Positions 16,680 to 27,692 of a DNA stretch of 64,000 nucleotides are shown piece by piece (the first letter of the stretch is position 1; every line of letters starts with the position of its first letter). Made by a program: the position numbers and the translations under genes. Origin of the DNA: Methanomicrobia archaeon (GTDB taxonomy: Archaea > Halobacteriota > Bog-38 > Methanoflorentales > Methanoflorentaceae). The stretch lies in NCBI GenBank assembly GCA_015660915.1, contig JACTTZ010000010.1:7513-71512 (forward strand), in the 5' to 3' direction. A model generated the notes under the pieces. It was not told where the DNA came from, did no database searches, and was given only the letters and a program-made list of their open reading frames with translations.

Positions 16680-18084
16680 ATGCAGGCAATCTCAATCGTT
16701 GGCACCGGATACGTCGGACTAAGTACGGCCGTTTGTTTTGCCTCACGTGGTTTCCGCGTCATTGCATCTACTCACGACAAAGAAAAGGCTGAAACGATTA
16801 ATTCGAAAAGGGCGCCTTTTTATGAGCCAACGACTCGAAGAAATGCTCCGGAAAAGCGTCGAGTCGAAAATGCTGCGTGCGGTCGATACCCGCGATGAAG
16901 CGGTGCGTCAGACTAACGTGACGTTTCTTACGGTGGAGACTCCCGAGACTGCAGACGGACGAATCGACCTCCGCCACGTCGTTCGAGCCTGCGAGGAGAT
17001 CGGCCGTGCGCTTAAGAAGAAAAACGCCTACCATCTCGTCGTCATCAAAAGCACTGTCGTGCCTGGGACAACTCGTGATGTGGTGAAACCTATCCTTGAG
17101 AGGACAGCGGAGTTGAGCGCAGGCCCCGATTTTGGGTTGTGCATGAATCCCGAATTTTTGCGACAGGGCTCAGCAATCGCCGATACATTGCGTCCTGATC
17201 GCGTTGTGATAGGTGAAAACGACGAGCGCTCCGGCAAAATGCTCGAGGACCTGTTTGACAGTTTTTACGGGCACAAGGTCCGTACACTCAGGATGAACCT
17301 TGAATCGGCGGAAATGGTGAAATACGCCAGCAACGCATTTCTCGCAACGAAGATATCATACGCGAACGAGATCGCAAATATCTGTGAGAAGGTGTCTGGT
17401 GTCGACGTCTCACACGTTATGGCGGGAGTCGGGCTAGACGTGAGGATAAATCCGAAGTTCCTCAACGCAGGAGCCGGGTTTGGCGGGTCCTGTTTACCGA
17501 AGGATGTAAAAGCCGTGCGGGCGTTTGCAGCCTCTCATAGCTACGAAACGCCGCTGTTGCGCGCGGTGATCGCCGTGAATGACGCTCAAGCGCTTCACGT
17601 CGCTGAGCTCGCACTTGCGAAGCTCGGGCAGCCGAAAGGCAAAAAAGTAGCGCTTCTTGGCCTCGCTTTCAAGTCCAATACTGATGACGTGCGGGAAGCC
17701 CCCTCTTTGAAAATCGCTAAAGCGCTCCTCTACGCGGAAGCGTACGTCAGCGCGTTTGATCCAGTCGTCAAGAAGATCTCGCTCCCGGGATTTGAAGCGC
17801 TCGAATGTGCAGATTCGATCCCCGCCTGTCTGTCCGGCGCTCACTGCTGCGTCGTCATAACTGAGTGGGAAGAGTTCAAAGCCCTCACGCCTGACGACTT
17901 CATCAAATACATGGCACAACCCGTCGTGGTCGATGCTCGACGGATTTTTGATCCGCGACAGTTTCGCCAAAGGTTGGAGTTCAGCGCGGTCGGTCTGGGT
18001 GGCGGTGAGACCTTTGACGGAGTCCCGTGCGCCGTGACATCCAAACCGCGCACAGAACCGCCTGATGCGCTTAGGGTTGAATAG
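16680..18084 (+). pseudogene. ugd: UDP-glucose/GDP-mannose dehydrogenase family gene with a +1 insertion at about 16830
   Basis: Frame 1: IVGTGYVGL...APFYEP. Frame 2: RLEEML...IKSTVVPGTT, NPEFLRQG, KYASNAFLATKIS, GFGGSCLPKD, GLAFKSNTDDVREAP. The sequence cca-a-cga has one extra A. Confidence 0.88.
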
Positions 18085-18132
18085 CAACCTTTATGTCGCT
18101 AGCACAGACAGGATACAGAAACGAACAAGCAC

Positions 18133-19116
18133 ATGCGCGAAGCAATGACATCGGAGAGACTGGAGCAGAATTCACCGAAAAGCGGGCGACGAAACGACGT
18201 GTCAAGGGATTCCGACCGGCTTACGGTCATGGTGGGTATTCCGTGCTACAACGAGGAGGTAGCGATCGGCAGCCTCGTCGTACGTGCCTCTCAGTACGCG
18301 GACAGAATCGTCGTGCTCGACGATGGGTCCACTGACAAAACTGCGGAGGTCGCACGTCTCGCAGGTGCTGACGTGCTCGAACACAGCGCCAACTGCGGCA
18401 AAGGGGCCGCCGTGCGCGACCTTTTTAAGTACGCGGCACAATGCGGCGTTGATATCCTTGTTATTCTCGACGGAGATGGGCAACACAACCCCGATGACAT
18501 TCCGAAGCTCACACAGCCGCTGCTGCTCGATGAAGCCGATGTAGTTAACGGCAGCCGCTATCTGAACGGGGCCGGCAGAGAGACCCCCCGCTACCGCCGG
18601 TTCGGACAGATCGTTCTTGACACGTTTACGCGTCTGGGCTTCGGTCGTGACGTCAAGGTGACGGATACGCAGAGCGGCTTCCGCGCATACTCGATGAAAG
18701 CCGCTCGCGTTTTTAGATTCACCTCTGACCAGCTGGCGATCGACAGCGAGATGCTTATGGACGCAGGGAAGGCCGGACTGCGGATCAAGGAGGTGGACAT
18801 CAGCGTCCGCTATGACGTCGGACACTCCTCTAGGCACCCTGTCATGCACGGCATGCAGGTTCTCGTGGGAGTCCTGCGCAATATCGAGTTTAAGAAGCCC
18901 CTGCTCGCCTTCACTGTGCCTGGACTCATACTCATTGGCACTGGCGTCGCCTTGGCGGTGTACGTGGTGCGAGGATTCTACTTGTGGGGGCACGTTCCCA
19001 ACGGGCCCGCGATACTTATGCTCCTTCTCACGCTCGTCGGGACCTTCTTGGTGCTCACTGGCATTATCCTCGACTCCATGGCCTCGCTCATCACGTCACT
19101 AGGTGCGCGGCGTTAG
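18133..19116 (+). CDS. GT2 polyprenol/dolichol-phosphate glycosyltransferase (DPM1-like) with C-terminal TM helices
   Basis: IPCYNEE, VLDDGSTD, GKGAA, LDGDGQHNPDDI, GSRY, DTQSGFRAY and two C-terminal TM segments. Confidence 0.88.
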   Translation: MREAMTSERLEQNSPKSGRRNDVSRDSDRLTVMVGIPCYNEEVAIGSLVVRASQYADRIVVLDDGSTDKTAEVARLAGADVLEHSANCGKGAAVRDLFKYAAQCGVDILVILDGDGQHNPDDIPKLTQPLLLDEADVVNGSRYLNGAGRETPRYRRFGQIVLDTFTRLGFGRDVKVTDTQSGFRAYSMKAARVFRFTSDQLAIDSEMLMDAGKAGLRIKEVDISVRYDVGHSSRHPVMHGMQVLVGVLRNIEFKKPLLAFTVPGLILIGTGVALAVYVVRGFYLWGHVPNGPAILMLLLTLVGTFLVLTGIILDSMASLITSLGARR

Positions 19117-19411
19117 ATTTTTTAGGGCGTTAGAACGTTGTTCATTGTCAACCTACGGCTGAGTGTTATCGACTACGTCGTTCATGGAGTCACCGCCGGT
19201 TGCTTATACGTCCACGTCCGCTTTGAAAGGGCCGCGAAGCAAGAAGATAGGTTTATACTTCCTGCGCTATTTTGATACACGCACTTGCTCCTTTTGCTCT
19301 TCAGCAAATGCGGCATCGGAAGGACGTATACCTACACGTTCTCTGAGTCGCTCGGCAGTGTTGAGCGTTAAAGTAGTGTCTGAGGCACGGCTGGCGCAGA
19401 TTTACCGGATC

Positions 19412-20542
19412 ATGAAAATTGCGTTTATCGACATCTATAAAAGGATCCCTATTAGCAGCGGCGGTGATTGGTGGGTGTTCCAGCTGTTAGCAGGTTTAGC
19501 GCGAAATAATAGTGTAAGCACGTTTTATACGTCTGAAAAAAGTTCAGAAGAGGGTTATCTGCCAAAAGACATCAGTTTTGACACGCACTTTCTTCCATCA
19601 CGAGTCAAGTGGAGTCGCTTGTCGACGTGGCTCGACATCATCAGGCCCGATATGTTGTGGGACAAAGCACAGCTCCGCGATATCGAGGCGGATTGTGTGT
19701 TCGCGTTGATCTATGGGTATCACATAGCTGCGTACATCGCCAGAAAAAACGACGCGCCCCTTGTCCTCGTCATGCACAACGTTGAATGGCAGTACGTGGA
19801 AAGCGTGGGTTCGGCCTGGTACCTCCCAATTCGCATACTCGAAAACTGGATTCTCAAGAGGGTTGACGCTGTCATAACGATTAGTCCGCAAGATTACGAC
19901 TACGCGGTCAAGCACGCTTCCAGCCGCGTTTTTTACATACCACCAAAACCCGATGCCCACATCTTCAATCCCGATGGCGCCCGTTATGATTACGACAGCG
20001 ATCGCTTCAATGTAGTCTTTTACGGGAGTTTGGATCGATACCAAAACCAGGTTGCATTGACCTTTATCGCGAACGAGCTGGTTCCGGCACTCGCACGTGA
20101 GCGCTCGGGCGAGGCCTTCAAGGTGCACGTATTTGGTTCAGGAAAAGCTCCCGATGGCCTGTTTTCAGAAACTGGGATCAATTTCATTGGCGCTGTAAGC
20201 GATCCAGGACTGTACATTAGGGGGGCGGACGCGATCATCATACCTATCCAGAATGCGAGCGGTATGAAACTGCGAGCGGTAGAGTCGCTCGCCTGCGGAA
20301 AGCCCGTTGTGGCGACGCCCGAAGCTGTCCAAGGACTTCCTGAGGAGTTGAGAGCTATGACCTACGTGGCCAGCACGGCAGACGAATTCGTCGAAGTGCT
20401 CAAAGGCATTCGCGACGGGAGGTCGGCAAACAAGACGGATCCATCCGCCGTGCTCCGGTATGTGCACGGCGATACCGTGGATGACGTTATTAACTACGCG
20501 TTAAAGAAGACACGGAAACGCATCATTCTTCAAGAGCAATGA
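19412..20542 (+). CDS. GT4-like glycosyltransferase
   Basis: MKIAFID start; GMKLRAVESLACGKPVVAT motif. The ORF-track start (19163) appears over-extended. Confidence 0.8.
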   Translation: MKIAFIDIYKRIPISSGGDWWVFQLLAGLARNNSVSTFYTSEKSSEEGYLPKDISFDTHFLPSRVKWSRLSTWLDIIRPDMLWDKAQLRDIEADCVFALIYGYHIAAYIARKNDAPLVLVMHNVEWQYVESVGSAWYLPIRILENWILKRVDAVITISPQDYDYAVKHASSRVFYIPPKPDAHIFNPDGARYDYDSDRFNVVFYGSLDRYQNQVALTFIANELVPALARERSGEAFKVHVFGSGKAPDGLFSETGINFIGAVSDPGLYIRGADAIIIPIQNASGMKLRAVESLACGKPVVATPEAVQGLPEELRAMTYVASTADEFVEVLKGIRDGRSANKTDPSAVLRYVHGDTVDDVINYALKKTRKRIILQEQ

Positions 20543-21618
20543 AAATTTTGATTATTGCCCCCCTTCCACCTTACCATCGCGGTGGCATTGAAAAAGTCGT
20601 TGGCGAGGTTGCAAAGCGCTTATCTCAGAATCCCAGCGCTGACGTGAACGTATGGTCCGGAACGCTCGGCGAAGCTCAAGCTGGCGACTGGAACGGTGTG
20701 AGCGTTCAAACATATCGCACGAGCAAGCGAGTGGGGTATGCATCTTTCAGAATGTTCGCAGATCTCAAGCGGTTCGCGCGTGACTTTGACGTTGTCCACG
20801 CGCACGGTTTGGGCACTTTGATCCCGTTCGTGGCCGCATTGACCGCCGGTCGCACGCCGCTCGTTATTTCACCGCATTTCCATCCGCAGGCGTCGACCCA
20901 GCTCCTGGGCATGATGAAGCCATTCTATGAACGCGTTGTTGATCGTTACACGTTGGACAAGGCCAACAAGGTCATCTGCGTTTCTGAAACCGAGACCGAC
21001 ATGATCCGCAGACGTTTTGCTATCACGGACAAAGTGGTCACAATCTACAACGGGGTGAACGCTGATGAGATCCGAACCGCAAAGCCCTATGATTTTGATG
21101 GAACGCTCGTTCTCTACGTCGGTCGGCTGGAGCGATACAAGAACATACATCGCGTTGTAGAAGCTTTCGCACACCTGCCAAAGCGATTCGCGTTTTATAT
21201 CGTGGGTGAGGGCCCTTACAAGAGTCAGCTTGAAGCGCTTGTTCATCACCGCGGTCTTTCGGAACGTGTGAAGCTGCTCGGAGCGTGTACTGATACAGAG
21301 TTATATAGGTGCATGAGAACGAGTGCGCTGCTTGTTAATCTCTCTGAAATCGAGGCTTTTGGCATAACGGTGCTAGAAGCACTTGCTGCGGGAACTCCGG
21401 CGCTTGTCAATGAAAAGCTCGGCCTGCGCGAGCTTGCACGGCGCTTCGACCGCGCCGTGTTTTCGATACCCGTAGAAGCACTCAGCGCCCGTGAACTAGC
21501 TCAAACGATACACGATGTCGCTGGGACAGACATCGGCTTGGTCGATCTGAACGATTTTCGGTGGGACAGGATCGCGGCGCGAACGTTCGACGCATACAAG
21601 GAAGCCCGCAACGCGTAA
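20539..21618 (+). CDS. GT4 glycosyltransferase
   Basis: GGIEKVV, DVVHAHG, YVGRLERYKN, EAFGITVLEALAAG. Overlaps the previous stop (ATGA). Confidence 0.88.
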   Translation: MKILIIAPLPPYHRGGIEKVVGEVAKRLSQNPSADVNVWSGTLGEAQAGDWNGVSVQTYRTSKRVGYASFRMFADLKRFARDFDVVHAHGLGTLIPFVAALTAGRTPLVISPHFHPQASTQLLGMMKPFYERVVDRYTLDKANKVICVSETETDMIRRRFAITDKVVTIYNGVNADEIRTAKPYDFDGTLVLYVGRLERYKNIHRVVEAFAHLPKRFAFYIVGEGPYKSQLEALVHHRGLSERVKLLGACTDTELYRCMRTSALLVNLSEIEAFGITVLEALAAGTPALVNEKLGLRELARRFDRAVFSIPVEALSARELAQTIHDVAGTDIGLVDLNDFRWDRIAARTFDAYKEARNA

Positions 21619-21734
21619 GCGAGAGCGTAAGGACGTCGCTTTGAGTTGAGCTCGCGTTTTCAATCGAAGTCGAGCGTCGGACAGCTCACGTCAAAAGGAT
21701 GAGTATAAAGAACTTAACAGATATCCTTTAAGCC

Positions 21735-22877
21735 GTGGATGAGAGGCGTATGAACAGCGCAATGAACTCGGTGAGGGCTGCTGTCTATGCCCCGTACATT
21801 TATCGATGGATGTTGGACTTTGTCCGCGAGCTGTCGGACTTGTTGGGGGAAGTTCGGTTCTACTCGCGCGGCACTTATGGGAACTATCCGTGGAAGCAGT
21901 ACGAGCAGTGCGTGCGTTTGATGAATAAACAACGCCTTTTCAGCGCTGTCATAGATTATCTACGCTACCGGCCAGATTTCATTATACTGCTCGGCTCAGA
22001 AACGCCCCTCTCGCTTATCCTTTACCTGTTATCTAAGATTGTACGAACGAACCTGGTGCTTATCGTGGAAGAGAATCGTGAAAAGACGTTTGCGAGCGTC
22101 ACGGTGCGCTGTCTTGCACACGTGAAACGGCTCCTTGTCGTCGCCGCGCACAGGAACGCGGCTGTGTTGGTCGCCGAATCTGAACCGGCTAAGGAGTACT
22201 TGCTCAGGATGGGCTGCGCGTCTGAACGCGTAAACGTCATTCCGCACGGCACGAATACAGTTGATTTTCAACCAGGCCCGAAGAGCGAGCGACTAGCGAA
22301 ATTGCTAGGCCTTTCGGCGAACGACTTACGTGCGAGCATCATTCTCTTCGTGGGGGAATTTAGCGAGTATAAAGGAGCGGAGTTCATGGCGCAGGCGATC
22401 CTCACGTTCCCGAATCCAGGCGAGGCTATTTTCTTAATTCCCTCGCAAGGATCTGTTTTTTTGAAGCACGAGTCGCATTTTAGCGCAATGAAAAATGTTC
22501 ATCCCTATCCATCGCTTGACGATGAATGCATGCCGCATCTTTACAATCTCTCTGATATCGTTGTCGTGCCGTCAAAGCAGTGCGAAACGGGGAGCAGCGA
22601 TCGCTCTCCAAACTCGCTGATAGAAGCAATGGCGTGCGGAAAGGCCGTCATAGGGACAGCAGTCGGCGGAATCCCCGCAATTATGGACCAGACGGGGCTG
22701 CTTATACGGCCCAACGACCCGGCTGCGATAGTTCAGGCTATCTCAGCGTTGACTGCGGATACGCAGCTGCGTGAAATACTGGGCAAGGAGGCGCGGACGC
22801 GCGCAGTTACCACGTTAAACAACAACGTTTACGCGAGGCGCATCTTCGAGCTTTGGAAGCGAGCGGCACATGGATAA
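21735..22877 (+). CDS. GT4 glycosyltransferase
   Basis: VIPHGTN, FVGEFSEYKG, PNSLIEAMACGKAVIGTAVGGIP. Confidence 0.85.
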   Translation: MDERRMNSAMNSVRAAVYAPYIYRWMLDFVRELSDLLGEVRFYSRGTYGNYPWKQYEQCVRLMNKQRLFSAVIDYLRYRPDFIILLGSETPLSLILYLLSKIVRTNLVLIVEENREKTFASVTVRCLAHVKRLLVVAAHRNAAVLVAESEPAKEYLLRMGCASERVNVIPHGTNTVDFQPGPKSERLAKLLGLSANDLRASIILFVGEFSEYKGAEFMAQAILTFPNPGEAIFLIPSQGSVFLKHESHFSAMKNVHPYPSLDDECMPHLYNLSDIVVVPSKQCETGSSDRSPNSLIEAMACGKAVIGTAVGGIPAIMDQTGLLIRPNDPAAIVQAISALTADTQLREILGKEARTRAVTTLNNNVYARRIFELWKRAAHG

Positions 22878-24030
22878 CGACAGCAAGGACGAGTCACGGC
22901 GGGGTCGCTGGTCGGTGCTTCACTTGATCAACGTGTTTGATGCGCGATACCAACGTGATCAGCAGCAGATTGTAGACCTGCAGCGCCGAAGGGGGTATGA
23001 CGTTACCGTTGTCACCTCTCGCTACGACGATGAGTTGAACCGACGCGACGCGCGCTTTTTTCAGGACGCCGAAAAACACCTTGGCGGAGTGAAGATCTTC
23101 CACACACAAAGCTGTAAAATTCCTCTAGGCACCTCACAGCCCGCTGTTATCTATCGCCCAAACTCAGCGGTATTCAAACCGTACGACATCACGCACATCC
23201 ACGGACTAACGTCCTACTCGTGCGTCCTCGGCTGTTTGTCCAAGAGGGTCAATGGCACAAGGTTGGTGACTCGCTCGGACCTCTCGCAAGAGGGTTACGC
23301 TCTTCTGAAGAATAATGTTGCTTGGAGAGCCGTTTTTCTTAAGTTGCTTAGATCAATCGATGCAGTGTACGCATACACAGAGTTGGAAAAAGCCGTCTTA
23401 GTCGATGTGGGAATCCGGGAAGACGATGTTTGGGTTGTCCCTCTAGGCGTGCGGCTCGAGCAGTTTTGTGAATGCGCCTCACGCGAAGATGCGGGCCAAA
23501 CGCTGACGATCGGCTATATCGGTCGCTTCGATCAGGTGAAAGGCGTGCACCGACTCGTTGAACCACTTAGTAAGATACTGCGGGAATACGAATTTGTAAG
23601 AGTCGCATTTGCTGGGCCCAAACACGACGTGGGGTACGCGAATAAGGTCTTGAGTCGAATGCGTGCCCTCCCTAATTTCTCTTACCTAGGACGTCCCGCC
23701 GAAACACCGCCGTTCTATACCAGATGTGATATCATCGTTATTCCATCGCTTTATGACACAGGCACGATTGTTGCGCTCGAGGCTATGGCGTCGGGCAAAG
23801 CTATTATTGCATCAAACGTGCGCCCGTTAAACGAGTATCTCGAACACGAAGTCTCAGCGCTACTGGTAGAAACAGAAGAAGAGATCTATAGCTCCTGCAA
23901 ACGGCTGATTGAAGACGCCGACCTCCGAGCGAAACTCGGCGTGGCAGCACGAAAAGAGTCAAGTAAGTACAGTGACCAAGCAATGATCAGAAAGCTGGAA
24001 CAGGTCTACGCTTGCGTCAGTGAGCGGTGA
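22870..24030 (+). CDS. GT4 glycosyltransferase
   Basis: DITHIHG, YIGRFDQVKG, GTIVALEAMASGKAIIAS. Confidence 0.85.
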   Translation: MDNDSKDESRRGRWSVLHLINVFDARYQRDQQQIVDLQRRRGYDVTVVTSRYDDELNRRDARFFQDAEKHLGGVKIFHTQSCKIPLGTSQPAVIYRPNSAVFKPYDITHIHGLTSYSCVLGCLSKRVNGTRLVTRSDLSQEGYALLKNNVAWRAVFLKLLRSIDAVYAYTELEKAVLVDVGIREDDVWVVPLGVRLEQFCECASREDAGQTLTIGYIGRFDQVKGVHRLVEPLSKILREYEFVRVAFAGPKHDVGYANKVLSRMRALPNFSYLGRPAETPPFYTRCDIIVIPSLYDTGTIVALEAMASGKAIIASNVRPLNEYLEHEVSALLVETEEEIYSSCKRLIEDADLRAKLGVAARKESSKYSDQAMIRKLEQVYACVSER

Positions 24031-24084
24031 ACGGCGATCGTAAGTTAGCCGTTCGAAGAGGAAACGACGAGGAGTATTCAACGC

Positions 24085-26052
24085 ATGAGAGTTCCCCAAT
24101 CATTTTACGCGGGCCTAGCACGCGCGTTGGATTCGGTGACACGAATTTATTTAGCGACCATTGGTTTGATCGTATCCGCGGCCGTGTGCGTCGTCAACCT
24201 CTTGACGTTCAGCTCATATTACGTCTTTGTCACGTCCCTTGCCTTGTTCGCTGGATGTGCTCTGTATATTGGGCTGCGCAAAAGACTCACGTCGAGAGCC
24301 GCCGCATCCGCGGTCCATCTGAGCGCAGTAGGAGAAAGCCGGGCCCATAAGAGTGTCAACATCGTTTTCGTCTGTTTCGCGAGCGTATGTGTCGTCGTGC
24401 TCAGCGCGGCGGTTTATTCTCGTCCCGTGCTTTTTCTCGTTCTGGTCTCTGTTTTGGCAGCGCTCATTGCAATAGAGATCGCGGTTACCACGGATTCTCG
24501 GCACGTTCCCAGCGTGCTGTTTAAGATCATCATCTTGGGTGTACTCGTCCGGGCCAGCGCGTATTTTGAGTTTCCTAGCGCGATAGCGGTCGATCCGTAT
24601 TATCATGTCGGCTTTATCCAGTTCGTTCTCGACCACGGCTACATTCCCGCGCACGCTGCCCCGTATGCCCTCACCGAGTACCCGAGTCTGCCGATTTTGC
24701 ACATGTTAGTCGCGGCTTTATCGTTAATTACCGGATTCAGCGTGTATAACAGCTACTTTTTCGTCGGCATCATTGAATGTATTAGCGTGGTATTCATCTT
24801 CCTTATCGGCAGGGCAGTATTGAATGTGCGCAGCGGCCTGCTAGCAGCTCTCCTGCTTATGCTCGCGAATCAGTTCCTGCTGTGGGGCACTATTATCACG
24901 CCAGAGACGCTCGGCATCGTGCTGACACTCGTTGTGGTCGCTGCGTTATTCCTCGTTCCGCGAAATGATATGGTAAGTTTTGCGATCCTCCTAGTCGTCC
25001 TGTTTGCGGGCATACTCTTTACGCATGAAGGGACGTCGGCGTATACAGCTTTGGTAATCATCATCGTCGTAAGCTCTTTTGCGTTGGTCAGCAAGATATT
25101 CGGCTTGGCGGAGGCCCGACACGAAAAACAGGATGTGAAGGCTCTCTCTCTACACTTGCGATCCCTCGCGCTCTTGGTAGTATTATTTGGCGCGAGCATC
25201 ATAACCTATTGGATGTTAACAGGCGGTTCAGCCTTGAACCGGGCTTTAGCGATCGTGCGCGGAGGCATCTCGCCGACGAGCACCCTCACACAGCCAGTAG
25301 CATCCTTAGCAGGGACGGCAGCGGTGCCTACCCTACCGTCTTCAACACTTCCGATCTGGTCTGATTTGCCTGTGCTGATTCTCATTTTCCTTGCCACGTT
25401 TGGATTTCTTTACATTCTGAGCGCAAAAAGAAAGAAAGCGCTAACGGTCGCCTGGATTGGTGCGTCAGCTCTCGTATTGGCCCTTACGACGGGCAGCTAC
25501 TTTTTAGGCCCAGCCGTGTCGCAACCCGAGCGATGGATCGTGTATCTTCAGGTGTTCATGGTGATCCCTGCAGCAGTCGGCATTCTGACCCTCGGCTCTC
25601 TAGTAAATACGCGAAAAGGCATTGCTGTGATTTTTTCGGCGGTGCTTTTCCTCGGCTTTATTAGCGTAACGCACCCAAATGTAAAGGTCGTGAACGAATT
25701 GCCATGGGATCAAATCCCTCGGATTGCTCTCCTGCCATCAGAAGTAGCAGCTGCACAGACGATCGCAAATAAGACAGATGGGCGGCAGGTATACACAGAT
25801 CTTGCGTATGCGCCGAGCTTCAAATATCAATACAAAATGTCGAACGTCACCGTGTTCTCCCCATTATCGGCCATCACTCAGCTGTCCAACAACAACAGCA
25901 GTTGGGTTTTACGGCTCGAGATTGCCAATAATCCATACATGGCGAGCAAGGGCCCGGTGCCTAAGCTCGGAGTGGGTGCATACGAATCCATTGAAGCTGC
26001 CCAAAACGTAATCTACGATGCCGGTACCGTCCAGGTCGTGAGCACGAAATAG
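24085..26052 (+). CDS. Multi-pass membrane protein of archaeal glycan loci (DUF2206/DUF6541-like; GT-C-like or polymerase candidate)
   Basis: More than 10 TM helices; loop DPYYHVGFIQFVLDHGYIP...YPSLPILH; soluble C-terminal domain ending IYDAGTVQV. Confidence 0.6.
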   Translation: MRVPQSFYAGLARALDSVTRIYLATIGLIVSAAVCVVNLLTFSSYYVFVTSLALFAGCALYIGLRKRLTSRAAASAVHLSAVGESRAHKSVNIVFVCFASVCVVVLSAAVYSRPVLFLVLVSVLAALIAIEIAVTTDSRHVPSVLFKIIILGVLVRASAYFEFPSAIAVDPYYHVGFIQFVLDHGYIPAHAAPYALTEYPSLPILHMLVAALSLITGFSVYNSYFFVGIIECISVVFIFLIGRAVLNVRSGLLAALLLMLANQFLLWGTIITPETLGIVLTLVVVAALFLVPRNDMVSFAILLVVLFAGILFTHEGTSAYTALVIIIVVSSFALVSKIFGLAEARHEKQDVKALSLHLRSLALLVVLFGASIITYWMLTGGSALNRALAIVRGGISPTSTLTQPVASLAGTAAVPTLPSSTLPIWSDLPVLILIFLATFGFLYILSAKRKKALTVAWIGASALVLALTTGSYFLGPAVSQPERWIVYLQVFMVIPAAVGILTLGSLVNTRKGIAVIFSAVLFLGFISVTHPNVKVVNELPWDQIPRIALLPSEVAAAQTIANKTDGRQVYTDLAYAPSFKYQYKMSNVTVFSPLSAITQLSNNNSSWVLRLEIANNPYMASKGPVPKLGVGAYESIEAAQNVIYDAGTVQVVSTK

Positions 26053-26301
26053 GACGCTGTTACGTGAACCGCCGGCGACGCTCTCGTTTGTGCTCACCAT
26101 CAGGCAAGGAAGGTCTTGCGCCACGACGCACATTAGCGCGGTGAACACGGCTGCCGAGCTGGCTGTGACATTGTTTGCGTTCGCTCGCGCGGGTACCATA
26201 ACCGTTATATGAACGTCAGGCGTGTGCTAGCTTAGAGCACCCCGCCGTTCTCTTGCGCTACAACGAGGCCTCTACACACGAACGAAACGTCCGGACAAGC
26301 C

Positions 26302-27390
26302 ATGCAGGTTTGCGCTATCACGGTTGCTTTCAACCATCCGAAGGAGCTCGCGCGCTTGCTGCGTTCGCTGCACGGTCAGACGAGCCTGAACGGTTTAATC
26401 GTGCTCGACAACTCGCGCGAAGAGTATCTCAAAGAAAATGAGGCAATATTCCGAACGCACGCGGACCGTTACCAATTCGCTCGCTTCGTCCACCCGAGAG
26501 AAAACATCGGCTCGGCAGGAGCCTTTTGTCAAGGAATGAAAATCGCGCACGAAAAAGGGTTTGATTGGATCTGGCTGCTTGATCAGGACGGTACTGTTGA
26601 AAACGGCTGTTTAGCCTCTCTGCTGCGAAACACAGGACGGGCAGACATCCTATGTCCTCAAATCGTAGATATTGACAATCCAGCCATCGTGCTGCCTCAA
26701 TCTGGAGCAATACAGAATTTTTGGGGTCGAATGGTCTGGATCGCATTCACCGTAAGTCGCAATATATCTTTTTTTGCGACGCACGGAGCGTTAATTTCGA
26801 AGTCCGTACTCGACCGGATCGGATACTACGACTCGCGCAACTTCTTTGTCGGCTCTGAGGACAGCGATTTTGCGTTTCGGTCAACTACTGAACACATGGT
26901 GATCCGTCTCGTCGTTGAAGCCAAAGCTCGGCATCCTGATGCCCGTCAGAGGAGTATCGAAAAAAGACGCGGTTTGATTGACGCAGGGCTCATTGACAAC
27001 ATTTCTGCCGAACGCGGTGGAGCCGGCGACCATTTGCGCACGCGTCTACTTTTGAGGCTTCAGCAGTCAACTCTCCGTGGTTCGCGTTTGCTTCCCGAAC
27101 ACTTAGGCTACGTGGATAGGAGGCTTTTTGGGGATAAAAACTGCCGTAAGACACAAGGTTTTGCCAGCTTGTCTTACGCGTACTTGGCAACGAAACGTTT
27201 GACCTCAGTCCAGTTCGGAGCCGCGTGCCTATACTCTCTTCTCATTGCATTGTTTCGCAAGCTCATAAGCGACGGGAGAATCAGTTTAAAGGGAACAGTC
27301 TCGATGTACGCGATCTGCCTGCGAAGCAAGCTGCAAAAGGAGTGGCCCTTTGAATCCATTGAACAGTTTTGTATACGTCTTGCCGAATAG
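26302..27390 (+). CDS. GT2 glycosyltransferase (rhamnosyl/galactofuranosyl transferase-like)
   Basis: ITVAFN, VLDNS, ENIGSAGAF, WIWLLDQDG, FFVGSEDSDF. Confidence 0.82.
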   Translation: MQVCAITVAFNHPKELARLLRSLHGQTSLNGLIVLDNSREEYLKENEAIFRTHADRYQFARFVHPRENIGSAGAFCQGMKIAHEKGFDWIWLLDQDGTVENGCLASLLRNTGRADILCPQIVDIDNPAIVLPQSGAIQNFWGRMVWIAFTVSRNISFFATHGALISKSVLDRIGYYDSRNFFVGSEDSDFAFRSTTEHMVIRLVVEAKARHPDARQRSIEKRRGLIDAGLIDNISAERGGAGDHLRTRLLLRLQQSTLRGSRLLPEHLGYVDRRLFGDKNCRKTQGFASLSYAYLATKRLTSVQFGAACLYSLLIALFRKLISDGRISLKGTVSMYAICLRSKLQKEWPFESIEQFCIRLAE

Positions 27391-27692
27391 CACCTTAATC
27401 GTATAGGTATCGCCATTCGTGCGACCGCTTGTCAAGTTCAAGACGCTTTGGCCGCGGATACGGGAGCGCGTCAAAAAGGCCCTCTGCGTGCTTCAATCCG
27501 TGAACTATCGTTTTCCTTTTTTGCTAGGAGTGGAGGCGCTTGGTCTTTCTGCAGCGCCTTAAAGGCCTGCAAATAATCACTGCCACAACAACGCTCGAGG
27601 GTTGCGCCAAACATATAAAGCATTCACGACGTCATGCGGTAAGACAGGCGACCAATCAAGCGAGTCCCGACACGCAATTTAGCACCTAGGCA

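Noticed and set aside
19163-19411. N-terminal extension of the first GT4 in the ORF track
   Set aside because: Non-protein-like; the GT4 fold begins at MKIAFID (ATG 19412).
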